64,000 nt of DNA from Curvularia clavata (lineage: Eukaryota). A model generated the notes under the pieces. It did not search any database. It was not told the origin of the DNA and worked only from the letters and a program-made list of their open reading frames with translations. A program made the translations under genes and the position numbers. This document shows, in pieces, positions 63,486 through 64,000 of the stretch (positions are counted from its first letter, which is position 1; each line of letters opens with the position of its first letter). Location: the NCBI GenBank assembly GCA_023920165.1, contig CP089280.1:1674001-1738000 (forward strand), read 5' to 3'.

Positions 63486-64000
63486 ATGGGTGTCTTGGGG
63501 TGTGAGTTGTATTCAGCGTGAGGTACATGCAATTCGGGCATTTATACTGATCAGTTTGTGCAGCGTCAAGATCCAGCAGCAACAATGCAAACAAAGCCAT
63601 GGAGAGGAAGCTCATCATGAAGCTAGGTATGTGACCAATGTTACCATTAAAACGCAATAATATTTATTTGCTTTATTTAGACATCTTCATCATGGTTGGT
63701 TGACCTGTAGACTTATGTCCTCTTCATAGCTGAGCCCCATTGTTAGGTGTATTGCTGTGCCTGTTACTTCTTCAACTATCTCGGTAAGCACCTCCACTGT
63801 GTGGGCTCTAGCCACACTATTCTAACCAAGACAGATCGTCAGGCGTTTGCAAATGCATACGTCGCTGGCCTTCGCGAGGACCTGAATCTTAAAAAGAATG
63901 AATACAGTTATCTGCTGTCGTTGTTTACAGCTGGGTACGTATTCCTCGACAATGATTTATTTGGTACCCTCAACTGACTTCATGTTCCTAGCCTTGTCGT
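63486..64000 (+). CDS. MFS transporter, allantoate/pantothenate permease-like; 3'-truncated by the window edge
   Basis: Short exons splice to MGVLGSSRSSSNNANKAMERKLIMKLDIFIMVYCCACYFFNYLDRQAFANAYVAGLREDLNLKKNEYSYLLSLFTAG, a typical DAL5/FEN2-type N-terminus. Confidence 0.8.

Overview
Fungal genomic DNA: intron-containing genes of a filamentous ascomycete, probably Dothideomycetes/Pleosporales (inferred from gene content only). A housekeeping backbone carries tRNA-Arg, TEL1/ATM head-to-head with NUP192, a DeSI-thioredoxin-PUL peptidase, GH79, a P450, a centrin-like EF-hand gene, GDA1, a CorA-type transporter, samB, phosducin next to G-beta, an ADAL-like deaminase and an MFS transporter. Between NUP192 and the DeSI gene lies a ~13.5 kb island (~19.1-32.8 kb) holding the main finding: the parts of a non-LTR (LINE-type) retroelement rebuilt as separate, spliced genes. 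These are (i) an intact ~1321-aa APE-endonuclease/reverse transcriptase/CCHC gene with four phase-0 GT-AG introns and a poly-Lys N-terminus, (ii) a spliced ORF1/gag-like gene with three zinc knuckles and an AT-hook, transcribed divergently from the RT gene, and (iii) a stand-alone spliced RNase H gene. I saw no poly(A) tail, TSD or TIR. This layout does not fit ordinary cis retrotransposition and suggests a domesticated or otherwise unusual RT system. A probable snR30/U17-like H/ACA snoRNA lies at ~43.35-43.74 kb. All calls are by eye; no searches or folding programs were run.
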